NCBI GenBank assembly: GCA_012295275.1 | Contig: CM022675.1 | Span: 9,548,001-9,612,000 of the forward strand | Source of the DNA: Chrysomallon squamiferum | Lineage: Eukaryota > Animalia > Mollusca | Length of the DNA: 64,000 bases | Direction of reading: 5' to 3' | Shown here: one piece after another, positions 44,407 to 60,247 of the stretch | Position numbering within the stretch: position 1 is the stretch's first letter | Layout: every line of letters begins with the position of its first letter | Translations under genes and position numbers: made by a program | Notes under the pieces: generated by a model | Told to the model about the DNA's origin: nothing | What the model saw: the letters and a program-made list of their open reading frames with translations, nothing else | Databases searched by the model: none

Positions 44407-47400
44407 TTATTCTAGTTGAGCATAAAATAACAGCTTAAATCTGGATTTTGTAATAGTTGTTTTATTTAGCTTTTTCTGTTTTTATTTGAATCTACAGCAA
44501 GAGTGTCTTAGTAAAAGAATTAAGAAAGCTTCACATAACATGATTAGTGCATAAAACAAGCAGCATGTCTGCCATTTTTGTTTAGTTTCTTTTGTTCTCC
44601 AGATTTCACCATAAATGTAATCTATGTATCTGTTTTCATTACACTTAATTATTAATAAAGGTTAAGGTTTCGACATTAATTACAAATGAAACAAACTTTG
44701 AGAAATACAAAAAAACTGTTATTTCAGAAATTCGTTGATACCAGAAGTTATTTAAAATAAGAAATCTTATTTGTAACTAGAAAGATTTTGATATTAACCT
44801 ATATATATTAAAATTAACTTCATATCTTGATTTATTTATTTTAAATTTTTTTTTTATTATTATTTTATTTTATTTTATATTACATTTTTTTTTTTTTTTT
44901 TTTATATATAATTAAAATGAATAATTCAGACAGTACATTAAAATTAATATTTTCAGGTGACACTTTAATAATTTTTTTTTTGTTTCAGTTTCATTTCTTT
45001 TTGTTTTGTGTTCAACAATATCACTTGTATATTAAACATATCATCAGACTTCCATTTTTCTAAACACCTCAAATATTCATTATCATCTTCACCCTTCACA
45101 AACCTGTCACTCCATCATTTCCATGGTAACACCAACAACAGTTCCCTCCCAAGCATTTCCAGTGGTAGAGCTAAATTTTAATTGTCAGGTCAGTAAACAC
45201 CAAAAAAAAAAAAAAATTAATGATTAGCAAACATATTCCAGTAATTATAAATGCATGCTTAAAGACCTTTTTTTTTTTTAATTAGTTTAAATCTGATTAC
45301 ATTAAGATAAGTCTTATTTATAATTTTAATTTTAATTTATATAATTAATGTTGGAAACTTACAAACCACCTATCCAGCTTTTTCAGATTAGTGTGTTTAA
45401 AATTTTGTATGTATTTTGTTTTGTGTGTGTGTGTGAGTGTGTGTTCAAAAAAAAAAAAAAAAAAAAAATTTCCAGCAGCTAATTTTGTTCTTTAATAATA
45501 TTAGTCATCATTTTTGTATTCTTTTTAAGTCATATTGTTACCGTTACTTAAAAGTCGGAAGAAAATACTCGAGGGAAACAATTTTTGATTTCTTTATTTA
45601 AAATTTTCAGAAATTATTTGTTAATTTTGAAATTCATTGTTTAATAAACAATTTTGTCAGAATTATTTTAAAAAAAAAAATCAAATAAATTGAGTGATAA
45701 TTTTTATTTTTTTAATAAGTGGTATAATTTAATATATAAAAAATGTTTACAAGTTGGCAACAATCAGAATATAATAATAGTCTGAATATATATATATATA
45801 TATATTTAAATGGTTTGAAATGAATATATTATGATTGAATATTGCATGATAAAAATGATTATAAAAATAATTTTATGTGAAAAAAAAAACATATATATAT
45901 ATATATATATACAAATTTAATTTGATAATTTGATAATTCTTTTCTCTTGAATTTTGTACTGAAGAAAAAAAATGTATTTCTCCACACAACTAAGTGTTGA
46001 TAATAACTGCATTTATAAATGAAAACGATAAAAATGAAAGAGATTTTACGAAGATGTTTATTTCATCTTTGTAACTAGAATCTCACTGATAAAGATATAA
46101 TTGCTTTTTTTTATTTATAACCATTTTTATTCAACAGTTTTTTTTTTTAGCGTATTTTTCTTTCAGTGTGCATATAGTCAAAATCTTAAATTAATATTTT
46201 TACTTTCATTGTGCTTTCACTTTTAAGTTTTTATGTTTACTGTTAAAGTTGTTAATATTGTTTTGTTTTTTTAGTTGTTTTTTGGTATATAGTATGATTA
46301 TATCGAAGTGTTTGCATATTTTGTTGTATGAAGGTACGTTTATACATATCAGAAAAATCATGTTAGATTTATTATGCATATTTTCAGATAATGAAAATTG
46401 TCTGATGTGTATTTTCAGAATCTAAATGTTAATCAAATTGTTACCATCTTAGATGTGAAAAAAAAAAAAAAAAAAAAATAAATAAATTTTAAATTGCTTT
46501 TGTTGAAAATATTGCAATCTCTCTTGTGTATGTCCTTAGAAAAAAAAAATTAAATAAAATTTTCATTTTCTTAAAAAAAGTTTTTGTTGAAATATGTGTC
46601 TAAAAAATAAATAAGTAATATATCTTTCTTTTTATAAAATTGTTTTTGTCTATAACAGAATAAAGTGCATCTATAAATAGTTCTATATTTATGATTTATA
46701 AATGTATATAAATATATTGAAATGATGATGGAAATATATTATTTTATATTTTTATTCTCCAGTATTAACTAATGACCTTTTTTTTATTAAATTTATTTGT
46801 TTATTTTTAATTTTTAATTTTTTATTCTCTTCCTTTGGTGGGGGAGGGCATCTTTTTCTTTTTTCTTTTTTCTTTTCTTTATATACAGCTCAATTGTGAT
46901 TTTTCTTTGTTTTATTCATATTCCATGTGTGTGTGGTTTTGTACAATTTTTAAAATAAAATATTATTTATGAAGAACAAAAAGTGACCAGAAAACATAGC
47001 AGATGAGATTCCAATAGTATTAGTGTGAATTTTAATAGATAAAAATTGTTTTACATCTCTCATATTCAATTTTGTTATTATTAAGACAGATTTTCAGTAT
47101 ACTGGGTTTTTCAAACAAATGCTGTGCCACTACTAATTTTCTACTGTAAAAATTAAAGTAATTATTTTTGTTTATTTATTATTTGTTATCATTTGAATTG
47201 TTTTGAATTCTTATCTAGATGACAGATCAACTAACTGCTTGATTAATTTTTAGCTTCTTATTGATTGTGAAAATGGAACACAAAGTTGTCAGATATGGTT
47301 TAGTAAGAAGCCAAATGGAAGTCGTTGGTTCAGAGCTTATGAGGAAGGTAGTTGAATGTCATTTACTAAATGGTGATTGGTTCGCAGTTTAAAAAGGGTA

Positions 47401-47621
47401 GACAACTCTTGCTGGATACAGAGAAAACTGGTACCAAGAGAGAATTAGAACAATCCTAGAAGTTGTGTCTAGAAGTTGATTTTTCATTAATATTTTTCTC
47501 ATTTTCTGATTTAATTGTGTTTGTCATTGTCTTCCATCTGCTACAATCAGGTGTCGGACATTTAAAGAAAAATAAGTCATGGCTTTATTAATTAGACAGT
47601 TATTTATTTATTTATTTTTTA

Positions 47622-47676
<55 letters not shown>

Positions 47677-49612
47677 TGTTATTTATTTTTATTTTTTTTA
47701 TTTACAATTTTATTATTATTAGTTGATTCCTTTGAGGTTTATTCTCTCTCATAAGTTTATCTTTTATTTATTTTTTTATTTACACAATGGGCATTTGTTT
47801 GAAAACATAAAATAGCAATCTTTAAATAATTAAAAATGTTGAAATAAAAATGTTTTCTTGCTCATATTTATTCTTCATAAAAGAGATCTGCTGATTTTTA
47901 TCTAACAAATAAAAAAAAAAATTTGATACAGACTTCATTTTACTTACCCTCAGGTAAAATATTAATATTCTTATTCGCAAACTTTTATTGTTCTTTGCTT
48001 ATTTATATTTTATTTAAATTTTATATCCCTTGTTCTTTTTTTATTTGTTTTAATTGTAATTCATCTTTGTGAAATCTTTTCTTTACATTCTCTCTTTTTT
48101 TTAATTCTTTTTTTTATTATTATTGTTTTTATTTAGGAGTATTAGAAAATGTAAAATTTTGACACTACTAATTAAAAATTATTTCCGATATAAATTTGTT
48201 TGGTTTCTTTGAGAATTTTAATGCCAGTAGAATATTATTACTTTTTCTGCTTTTGCTATGTGTATTAGTAGAAAATATTGGCTTTGGATTTTAGTGTTAG
48301 AATAGGTAGAAGTATTATATGTTAAGACTTTAACATATATATGTTAGTCTTAAGGTTGTTGATAACAAATTTATATTATTGTTATTATTGACTTTCTAGA
48401 TGAGCGAGATATATACAATAATAATTCAGTAATAAAAATAAATTAATTGCATAATCTTAGCTCCTGACATGATAAAATAATCTGTTAAAAGGTTTAATTT
48501 GTATTATTTAGAAAATTATTTCTATAGAATAATATTGAAAGAAGAATATTACAATAAAATTTATTTTAATTGCATTAAAATTTTATTTGTTGAAAATTAT
48601 TACCTTAATTTTAAAAATCTCTTATATTTATACATTATTTATATTCTGTATTATTTTGGTTTATCTTGTGCTTCTGTATTTACTGGAATTTTTGTTACGT
48701 TTTTAAACATTTACTGTTTGTTCTTTGGTGTTTTTTGAAATAGAAATAACATGGTAGAATGTGTAAAGAGTACCGAAATTCAAACACAAATTTTGTGGGG
48801 ATTTTTACACAAATTATATTTTTACTAGAAGTGAAAGAATAGATCTTTATGTTATTTTTGTACATTTAATAGCAGAGTTTGAAAATTTACTAAATTTAAT
48901 AATTTTGTGATTTCAGTATTATTATTATTGTAATAAACTTTTCATTTCTTCTTCATTTTTATTATTAATCTCTTTCCCTCTCTTTCTTTCTTTTTGAATC
49001 TTCAAGTATAATGAATGTTAAGGTTGACTCATACTGAATAAATATATTAAAATTTTTTAATTTTAAATTAGTTTTACAAATTGATTTTCTTATGGAATCT
49101 GAATTCAGAGCAAAGGATCCACAACTCTAATCTGATGCATCATGACAGATAACTCTAATGAACTGCATTTTGGGTAGATAATGCCTTATATCAAATTATT
49201 GTTAAAACTGCTTCATTTGTATAAACCAAAAATTTATTTCATAATATTCAAATACATTTAGATCATCATTTTATTTCTATAATTTTTTTTAATTAAAACC
49301 AAAAAGTGATAAAATGGAAGTTAAAATTGCTTTAATTAATGATACTTTTACATAGTAACCTTTAGTATTCAAATGTTATTTTAACTTGTTGAATATGTTT
49401 GGGTCTGTCATTTTCAAAAGAAAAATTAAAATTAGAAAATTAGAAACATCCATTATTATTGCAATTTTTCCAAGAAAAATGGTGTTATAGTAAGTTTTTC
49501 AGTATTATAACAGCTTAAGGTTACAAACCATTAGTGCTTAGAATGACTAATAAATTTTAAAAATAAAATAAACTTTACAAAATACATCATTACACTTTTG
49601 TGCACCAAACCC

Positions 49613-49652
<40 letters not shown>

Positions 49653-50460
49653 CTCAAACAAATCATTGGAGATAGTAGTTCTCTAGATTAATTTTAATAT
49701 ATGTATATACAAGTCTTGCCAAGATATATGTATACTGTTGTTTCTTCTGAATAAATATATTCATATCTTGTATTAATTTGTAATTCTTATTCTTTTTTCT
49801 TTAAAAATTATTATTATTATTATTATTATTATTATTGAAATTATTGTTACAATAAATCTGAAGTCTCATCTTAATTACTTGTATAGTTTGTGGAAAGACA
49901 AGTTCAGATTATGTACATCACAGTAATGATAAAAGATATACAGGTATATCTAAAACATCCAAACTATTTAAATAAAAATAAAAACAGAAGAAGAAGAATA
50001 AGATAAATGTAATTTGCTGAAAGTATTTGGTAAATAGAAGAGGTTTCAGAAATTCATGATGATAATGATGATTATCATCATATTTATTATTATTACAATA
50101 ATTATATTATCATCATCATCATAATCATCAGCATTATTATGAGAGAAAAAACAGGCAAAATATATTTTGATTAATTTTTATTTAGTATCAACCTTTACTA
50201 CTAATAAATGTTACTAAAGTAAAATTTGAGATGTCATTTTCATTTTTCAGTTTTTTTTTATTCATGCCACCATAACTGCTAACTGATTATCTACTATGAT
50301 TTTAAATATTAATAAAAATTATAAATGTGGAATGTCTGAGGATTTCCTCTATGATTTAATTTCAAATTAATAATACAAAAACAAATTTAAAAAATGAGTA
50401 GAGCATATGTTCATTTGTTATGCTTGTATTTTAGGGGTTTTTTTAAACAAACATCAGATA

Positions 50461-51125
50461 TTAACATCCATCCAACTGTTTCTGAACCCATGCTTTCAAG
50501 TTCTGAAAAGAAAAGAAACAAAAAGTAAATAATTGCTTCTTATTTTTATTCTTCCTAATAAATAAATAAATAAAAAATAAATACCAAAATATTACTATTA
50601 ATAAATAAATAAATAAAATAGCACTACAACTACCAATAAATAAGTAAAATAAATAAATAAATAAATAAAATAGCACTACAACTACCAATAAATAAATAAA
50701 ATATTAATATTAATAAATAAATAAATAAAGAAAGAAAGAAATCCTAATAAATATTGATATTTGCAAATCGGTGAGTTATCGTATTGCATATAGAGTTATC
50801 GTACCTGAATTCCGTCATACACTGGTAAACAGTGCTCTTTTAACAAATGAATCGGGTAACGGCTCCTCAAGGCCAAGTTTGCGGCTGAAAGCTAGAGCCT
50901 CGGTCCCATCAAAGTTTACAAAGCAGAGTCGAGTTGTAAATTCTTCAGTAGGACGAAGATAATACGGGCCACCTGCCATCAGCTGAAATAGAAATATCTT
51001 TTTATTTAAAAAATGTCCGTCATGATGACAATTTGATATCTTTAAATGCCCTTATTATAAAAATGTATTTGTTATAAGAAAATAACTTCGTTCTTTCTTT
51101 CTTTTTCTTTTATTTGTTATTATAC

Positions 51126-51157
<32 letters not shown>

Positions 51158-51504
51158 TTATTATTATTATTATTATTATTATTATTTTAAAAACAACTTT
51201 AAAACGATAATATAACCTTTTTAATGTCCCTTGTGACATAATAATATATCCTTATATGTCAGTAACAGTGACTGTGTTGTGACAGTATGACGTATATTTA
51301 AACGTCAGTAACACGTTAATGTGTCGTACATTAATTACTATAATACAATGCTAGGAAATATCTTTCGATACGAAGCTTGCTTTTTTAAAAATAATAACTT
51401 CAGAAGCAGTAAGAAAAACAAAGCCATTATAGCAACACCCAATTTTTTTTTTTTTTTTTAGATATATATATATATAATTATAAAATAAATACAGATAAAT
51501 ACAA

Positions 51505-51582
<78 letters not shown>

Positions 51583-53532
51583 AATAAATAAATAAATTTA
51601 AAAAGTAACAACACCAGTAATAACAATTATAACAGCATAAACATAATAACCAACAACAACAAGAACAACAACAATAAAGTAATACTAAAAATAATAACAA
51701 CCACTAATGATAATGATAATAATGATACGACTACAACGACGACGACTACTCACAGCTACTGATGCCTCTTTCAGGATCAAGTTACACATCTGATCACACG
51801 TTTTGATCCCTCGTTCTTTCAGTCTGTGAGCAATCAGCTCGAAGTCAGGAAAAACATAATAGCCAGCCCCTGGTCGCACTAGTCTCACTCCAACAGACTC
51901 CAGTTCACTAAAACACGAATAAAATATTTATATTTTTACTTCTGGGCGTACGCACGTATGTTTTTTTGTACATGAACGTACACGCATTATGTCTGTGTAT
52001 TTGCGTATGAATGCGCATGCATATGTGTCTGTATATTTGTGTATGATGGTGCGTATATGTTTCTGTGTATTTGTGTATGAACGTGCATGCATGTGTATGT
52101 ACATTTATGCATGAACGTGTATGTTTGTGACTGTGTTTCTGTATGAATGTACATGCATTTATTTGAAAAAATTTAATACGAAACGTGCATGGTGATGTAA
52201 AATTGTTCATGAACGTACATGCATGTGTCTGTACAGTTATGTATGAGCGTGAATGCTTGTGTCTGCATATTTGTGTATGGAAGTTCATGTACGTCTACGT
52301 GTACTGATGTAAGTATGTTAGTTATACCTGCAGCAGTATTCAGAAACGGCGGCCATTATCCGTGTGGTGTGATTAATGTAGTCCGCACAAGCGTCGCCAT
52401 CTTTAAATGTCTGTAATAACGACAGCATATCATTTAATATCAGAGTCAAAAACCACATTTTGTCTATCATGTGGTATGGTCAAAGGTTTTAAAAAATCTA
52501 CAGTTAATCAATGTGATATGATGTGGTTCAATGATTAAAACATATATAACACGTTTCTGTATCTGTAAGAGAATTCAGAGCACGTTTTTTAATGATTAAT
52601 AGAATATAAACGACGACTGGTATGAATACAGTACTTTACCATTACTGTATATAATGGATAGATATATAAAATACGTTCCTATCACTGTAACAGGTTATCC
52701 AACATTTGTTTCAATGACTGTGACATGGATTACAAATACGTTTCAAAGTTTGTAACAGGATATACAAAATACGTTCCTATGATTGTAATAGGATATCCAA
52801 CATTTGTTTCAGGGTATAAAATACGATTGTAACGATTGAATATATGTTACTGTGACTATAACAAGATACGAAAACATATTCCAAAATTTGTATCAGGATA
52901 TGAACAACATATATTGCTATGACTGTATCAGGAATTACAAACATGTTTCAAAATTTTGTAATAGGATATACGAAATACGTTCCTAAGACTGTAACAGGAT
53001 ATCCAACATTTGTTTCAGTTACAGGGCATGAAACACATTTGAATGATTATAGCAGGATATATGACATATGTTCTTGTGACTGTACCACGATGTAGAACAC
53101 GTAAAAAAAAAAATATTGTTTTTCAATGTATATCAGTATATTTTATATGACATCTCTCCCCCCTCACCACGATTACCTCAGCTATTGCGTACTGCATAGG
53201 TGCAGGTGCACAGGAAAACGTGTGGCTGCCAGCGCTTTTCACTCCGTCCCTAAGGGCAGACAACTCTTTTGGATAGACGTGGTATCCAATTCTCCAGCCT
53301 CCAGCACTGGCCCATTTCGACAGCCCTGTACAGAGAATGGTGCCTTCCGGGTAGTACTGAAAGAACAGAAATAATGACGTTCGTTCATAGAGAAAGTTTA
53401 TAGTTGGTTAGGTTGAGAAAATGTATGTAGCTGTTGTTATCTTAAAAAAAAAATAATAATAATAATAATAAAATGAAATACCATTATTAACAGCAGCGGT
53501 AGCAATAGTTGTAGTACTAGTAGTAGTACTAG

Positions 53533-53566
<34 letters not shown>

Positions 53567-53804
53567 AGCAGTAACAGTAGTAGCATTATCTGTTACAGTA
53601 AATTATATTAAAATAATTTCTGTATACTTAAAATAATGTCTGACACTGAGTTTATTGTTTTCATTCATAATATACGTTTATATAGTTTCAGTATGCGATA
53701 TATTATTATGTAAGAACCAAACGCTCGCATGAATCGAGGAAATATATTTTAAATAGTTTTAAAAGTATATTAATAAACTTTTTCTTAATGTTGTTGTTGT
53801 TATG

Positions 53805-53862
<58 letters not shown>

Positions 53863-54191
53863 TAAGTTTGAAATGGTTATAACGTCATCATTAACTGCAG
53901 GTAAAAACAAAATGGCTACCTTCACTAGCGACACGTGATTATGTTTGTAGTTCAGACGTGCGTAGATCTCATCGCTCAAAATAACCATCTTGTGTTTCCT
54001 GAATGTCTCACTAAAATATAATAATAATAATAATAATAAATATTGTCTGATATAAATAGCGTGAAAATAAATTGCAAGAATTAATAATATAAAAGTATCC
54101 AATTGAATAATCAGTATCTATTAATAAATAAAGTTAATTATGTACTTTATAACTTGTTTGTATTTAATGATTTTCAATGTAATTTTAAGAG

Positions 54192-54286
<95 letters not shown>

Positions 54287-54643
54287 ATTCAAACGCAAAT
54301 AGATATATTATATTAACCCTGTCTCCAAAAATTCTGTTGAAAATAAATATTAAGATGGCGACAAAATACAATATGACTACAAATTCTAAAGTTAACACAT
54401 GATAGCACTTAACAAATAGCCTAAATAAATTGTATTCATTACTAAGTTCAGTAATAAAACTCCTGTTGTCATTTCTTTCTTTCTTGAGTTTCGTGTTACA
54501 TAAAATGTCGAATAATATTAACAGCAGTGATGGCAGGCCTGTTAGATTTCTATGAAACACACAAAACGTAATAAAGAAATGGAAAACGGCAGCCATCTGA
54601 AATTTCTTTTATTATAATAGTGTCATACTTTAAAATTCGTTTC

Positions 54644-54682
<39 letters not shown>

Positions 54683-54804
54683 CGTCGAATACAAAGTCTT
54701 TGTAGAATATTTGTTACCTCAAGGCACTCAATTCAGCCTCGGTGTAAACCGCGCCAGCTGAAAATAGAACATTGTTTACAAAGTGCTCCCAACGTTTGAT
54801 ATTT

Positions 54805-54835
<31 letters not shown>

Positions 54836-55235
54836 TTAATAGTTTTTGTTCTTGCTTTCTTTTTAATTAAAAATATATAAAATAATTTTTTGATCAGTTT
54901 ATTACATATCTGATATATTTACATTCGTAAGTGCACAAAGTGAGACTCAGGCGGGAAAAAATCCCCCCCCCACGCACCGAATTCAGAAGTAAGTATTTCA
55001 AGCAGACGTCAAGAAAAGGAAATAATTTGATGAAAAAGAGACAAGCCATTTGCCTCTCCCCAATTTTCTATGCATGACATTTTAATACAAAAATGCGAAC
55101 AGAAGTACATTTTAAATCAAAATAGGAACGAAACATTTACATTTAATCATTTTCATTTATACCTTTAAATTAGATTAAAATATTTATTAAAAATTGGCTG
55201 TGCGGACGTTCTATGTTGTTTTGATTAGTTCAAGA

Positions 55236-55298
<63 letters not shown>

Positions 55299-56597
55299 AT
55301 TAGGTTATATATAAAACTGAGTGGAATAAAAAAAAAACACCCCATAAAAATAGAAAATAAAATCATATGCAAATGATTTTTTGTATGAACGTGCATGCAT
55401 GTGTATATTTGTGTATATTATTATATAATTTTATTTCATTTAATTATCTATTTATTTATTATCAAAACATTATTTTATTATTATTAATGTAGTTATTTTG
55501 TTATAATTTAATTATTTTTCTAATCTTTATTTCGTTTATATATGTTTTTAAAATTATATTTTCTATATTTGTATTATTTATTTTATTATGTTTTATTGTT
55601 TATGCGGGATTTTTTTTTTTTTTTTTTTTGCACGCATTATGGTACGTTTTATATGTTAAATGTAATTATAACAAATATGCCTATAGCTCTTCCTATTTAC
55701 CTTAATTATATATTATGAAAAAGAAAAAAACAAAAAAAAAAAAAAAAAAAAAAAGGAAAATATACTTACTTGGATTGTCAGGATTTGTAAAAATCATTAG
55801 TTTATTTCCTTCCAGTCCGGAGACTGCCTATAAATAGAATTAATAATTTAAATACAAAATGACTTAGTCTTGTTGTTATCGTTCTTATTATTTTACTATT
55901 GATGTCATTAATTGTCATTATAAATATAATCATTAACATCAGCATCATGTCATTAATGGGGTTTTTTTCATCATCATCATCATAATAATAATAATAATAA
56001 TAATAATAGTAATAATAATAATAATAATAATAATTATTATTATTATTATTATTATTGTTCTTGTTCTTGTTAGTATTATTATTTTAAAGCATAATATTGT
56101 TATACTAATTACTGTCGTCATCATCATCATCATCATCATCATCATTATTATTATTAATGCCATCATCACCAACGTCATCGTCATCATTAGGCAGCTAGTA
56201 CTACACCTAGTAGGAAATTTCCCATTCCAGTCTAATACTCCCAACTGATTTATCAAAAGCCGTTGTATGAGTTTTATTTTGACTATAGGAAGGTGCATAT
56301 GACATATTTTAGCTTCTATTCGAAAAATAATAGCTTTTTGTGTCGCGTCATCTCTTTCATCATTCCCAGTGTATATTTATAGTCTTTATCTATGCAAACG
56401 ATGCTACATAACCATTGACTAAAAAATGCAAGATATAATTTCTTCTTCTTCGTCAACATCATCGTCAGTATCGTAAATATTATGGATATGATTTATAGTA
56501 TTGTTATTGTTTCTTTATTATTGGTCGTTTTCGTTGTGATGTTTCACCAATGTCATCGTTATTGCTGTTATCGCCATCGTCATCATCATCATCATCA

Positions 56598-56639
<42 letters not shown>

Positions 56640-57527
56640 GAGAGAAAGCCTCGTTTTGACAATAGATAAGAAACCTGTTCTATATCATGAGGTGTGACTT
56701 TCCACTGTGATTCAAGTTCAGTTCTGATAACTATTGGTGAGTGTCGAGAGAGCATACACTGTGGCTTGTACGTTGTCCAGGACGGCGACAACAGAAACAC
56801 TTCTAAAAAAAAAAAAAAAAAAAGGAACCGTATTTTTATTTCATGTACGGACTTTTAAATTTATAATTTTATTTTATTTTATTTTATGTTATTTTGTTTT
56901 ATTATCCATATTCTATTCTGTTCTATTATGTTCTTTCGCGTTGTGTTTTAATTTTATTTATTTATTTATTTATTTGTTATTTTAATAAGTTAATAAACGA
57001 GGAGGCCTTTTCAGGGATACGTCCTTAACAGAAGAAAACAACTTACTTCCATTGTAAATACTCAGAAGCAGAAATATGAGTTCCTTGCTGCCCGGGCCGA
57101 CAAGGACGTTGGCAGGGTCAAGGTCAAAGTGAAGAAAGAAGATTTTGATAATTCATACTTTTCTTGGAAGCTGTTGCTGTTGTTCGTTCCGCAGTTAGGG
57201 TTTTGTTGTTGTTGAAGAAAGCAAAAAGAGATTTTGATAATTAACGTAGTGTTTTTTTGAATTCAAATATTTATTATTAAAATTATAAAATGTTGCGATA
57301 GAAGCGATATCTAATTTCAAGTCGGAGTTTCTACGGGTCTTAGGCGGTTCCCAGACTCCACGCCCAAAGTTTTTGCCCCACTCCGCTCGCCGATTAAGTG
57401 TTTTTGCCTCATTTCAAAAAGAGTCCAGTTGCTGCCATGATACGTGTAGTTTTAGAAAGAATGTTTGATGCGTGCATCTATTAACCCACAGTCTTTTACA
57501 TACTTGTTGATTTTCTTTTTTCTTTTT

Positions 57528-57590
<63 letters not shown>

Positions 57591-58585
57591 CTTTTTTTTT
57601 TAATCTTGTTTTTATTATTATTATTATTATTATTATGATTATTTTATTATTATTATTTTAAAGTGTATTTATGTGACTATTTTTGGTTAAACGTTTATAC
57701 AAACTAGTATGGCTGAACTTTATGCAATCTAGTATGGCTGAACTGAGAATAATCCAAAAGCACACATTACGGAGTAAGACCTCGCCCTTTTATTTTAATG
57801 TCAGCGAGTACTTTGACTCAGATTTATTTAGTCGACCTGCTTTTCAAAGTTCGCTCCCGATGTGACCCCTAGGTTCTCACATTCATAGATTGTACGGTGG
57901 GTGTATCCTGTTTTTCAAAAAACTGGATTACTTTATCTGTGTATGCATGTTATGTTTATTTATGAATAAATCTCATTTACATTCACAGGAGCCGCTCCCT
58001 TTATTCCAATTTTTTTTTTTTTTTTTTTTGATTCATCCTTTTCTCCTTCCGGGTTTTTCATTTTCTTTTTTTTTTTTTTTTATTTTTTTTTTTTTTATTA
58101 TTTCTTTATCGTAATAATGTCATCGCAATCTTTCGAAAATCCTTGAAACGCCTACAGATATTATAAATAAGTGTAAATATTTGTAATGTTTTTTTTTTTT
58201 TTTTTCTCTGATTCATCCTTTTTTTGTTGTTGTTGTTGTTTTTTTATTAAATTTTATTATTTCTTTACCATAATAGTGTTGTCTTAACCTTTCGAAAATC
58301 CTTGAAAGGAGAGGCAAATGTAATAAACAGCAAATTTTTTGTAAATTGTAATGGTTATTGAAAAAATGATAATGATAGTGTTAGTCGTAGTACTGCTGGT
58401 AGTGGTACATGTAGTTGAAGTAACAGTAGTAGTATCTGCAGTAACAGAAGTAATAGCAGCAGCAATAGTAATAGTAATAATAATAATATATAATAATAGT
58501 CTGTGATATTTATTTGGAATTAGCGTTCAGTGGCAAATTTGGTTCATGGCTCCCACTTATATATAACTCATTAAAAGCTATGCAT

Positions 58586-58664
<79 letters not shown>

Positions 58665-59066
58665 TGACAAAATAATTTTTTTAGAATTGCTTTAATTTAA
58701 AGCTATGTTTAGAAAACACATTTATATGCCTAGTAGCAGTGTTTTCAAAAAATAAAACAAATAAAGATAATCAATCTATATAACAAACATCCTACACCCA
58801 CACAGAGAGAGAGAGAGAGAGAGGAGACTCTATCTAACAAAGTATTATCCTCTCTGCTGTTGTGACGTCACTGCGAATGAATGTTTCGTCTTCATCTGGC
58901 ATTTACAGCAAAAAATGAAACAAAAAAAAAAAAAAAATTCGCTTGTAAAAGGATAATGTGGCTGCATTCATATGTTCTTATTTAATTTCATTTTTTTTTT
59001 TTCATATATAATTCAAATAAAATAATAACCTGGAGTATAAATATTTATTTTATTTTATTTTATTAC

Positions 59067-59107
<41 letters not shown>

Positions 59108-59445
59108 TACTACTACTAATAATAATAATATATTTCTTTAAAGATATTTCAACACATTCTGTATTTTCAGCTAAACTGAAACTGAACTTACGTACACGGC
59201 CCGTACAATAGGGCAGATTAGGTCTGTGCTAAGCCTCTCTTATCAGATTTCACTTTAATGACAGTACAGTTGTAAATAGGAACACACACGTTTAAAATGC
59301 ACTGTTAGCATATTATATGGACTAGAATGACGCAAGACATCCACAAACATTGACTTTGGCTCGAAATATTTGTATCCGAATAATAAAATGGATAAATGTC
59401 AAAAACTGACACCGCTTAATAAGCAGAAATATCGATTGGTACTAG

Positions 59446-59525
<80 letters not shown>

Positions 59526-60187
59526 TAAAAAAATTGTTGTTTTATTATTTTGTTTGTTTGTTTTTGTTTTTGTTTCTTTAATGTTTTGTGTGGAAAACTA
59601 CAAACAAGAAAAAACACAAATATACAAAAAAGTATAATATGAGATAATCGATTGTGACTGATTAAGATATATAATGGAAAATTAAGTTGTTGTTTTTTGT
59701 TGTTGTTTTTTTGTTTTTTTTTTTTTTTTTTTTTTTGGAGGGGGAATATTTATTTTTAATTAATTAATTAATTTTTTATTTTATTTTAAAACATATTAAA
59801 TATAATTTTTTAAATTAATTTATTTATTCACTTACTTAGTTACATATTTTTCGCTCTCTCTCTATATATATGTGTGTGTGTGTATATATAGCTAGGTTAA
59901 GAAAACCGAGATCTTTTATTACCACATTGAATATATAATTAAGTACATATGTACTGGTATGAGCTATTTTTGTTTATTTAAAAGATAGGTTTTAGGCTTT
60001 TATGCACATATATAATTATTTCGCTTGAATATGTTTACTGTCAATTTTTTTTTCAAAATCTCAGTGTATGTCCTTGAATGTATGTGCTTTATTCAAGCAT
60101 TATTCAAGTGCAAATCAGTAGTAAGTTATTATATTTAGTTTGTCAAGCCTGCAAGTTGAAAGGCTTTCAATTAGTTTACCTAATACA

Positions 60188-60247
<60 letters not shown>

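Noticed and set aside
52660-53100. CRISPR-like repeat/spacer appearance
   Set aside because: Eukaryotic intron; units are degenerate without unique spacers; no cas genes.
57118-57140. AT-AC intron ending at TTCTTCAC to explain the missing acceptor
   Set aside because: No CCTTAAC branch site and no upstream ATATCC donor; the exon 1 donor is GTAAGC.
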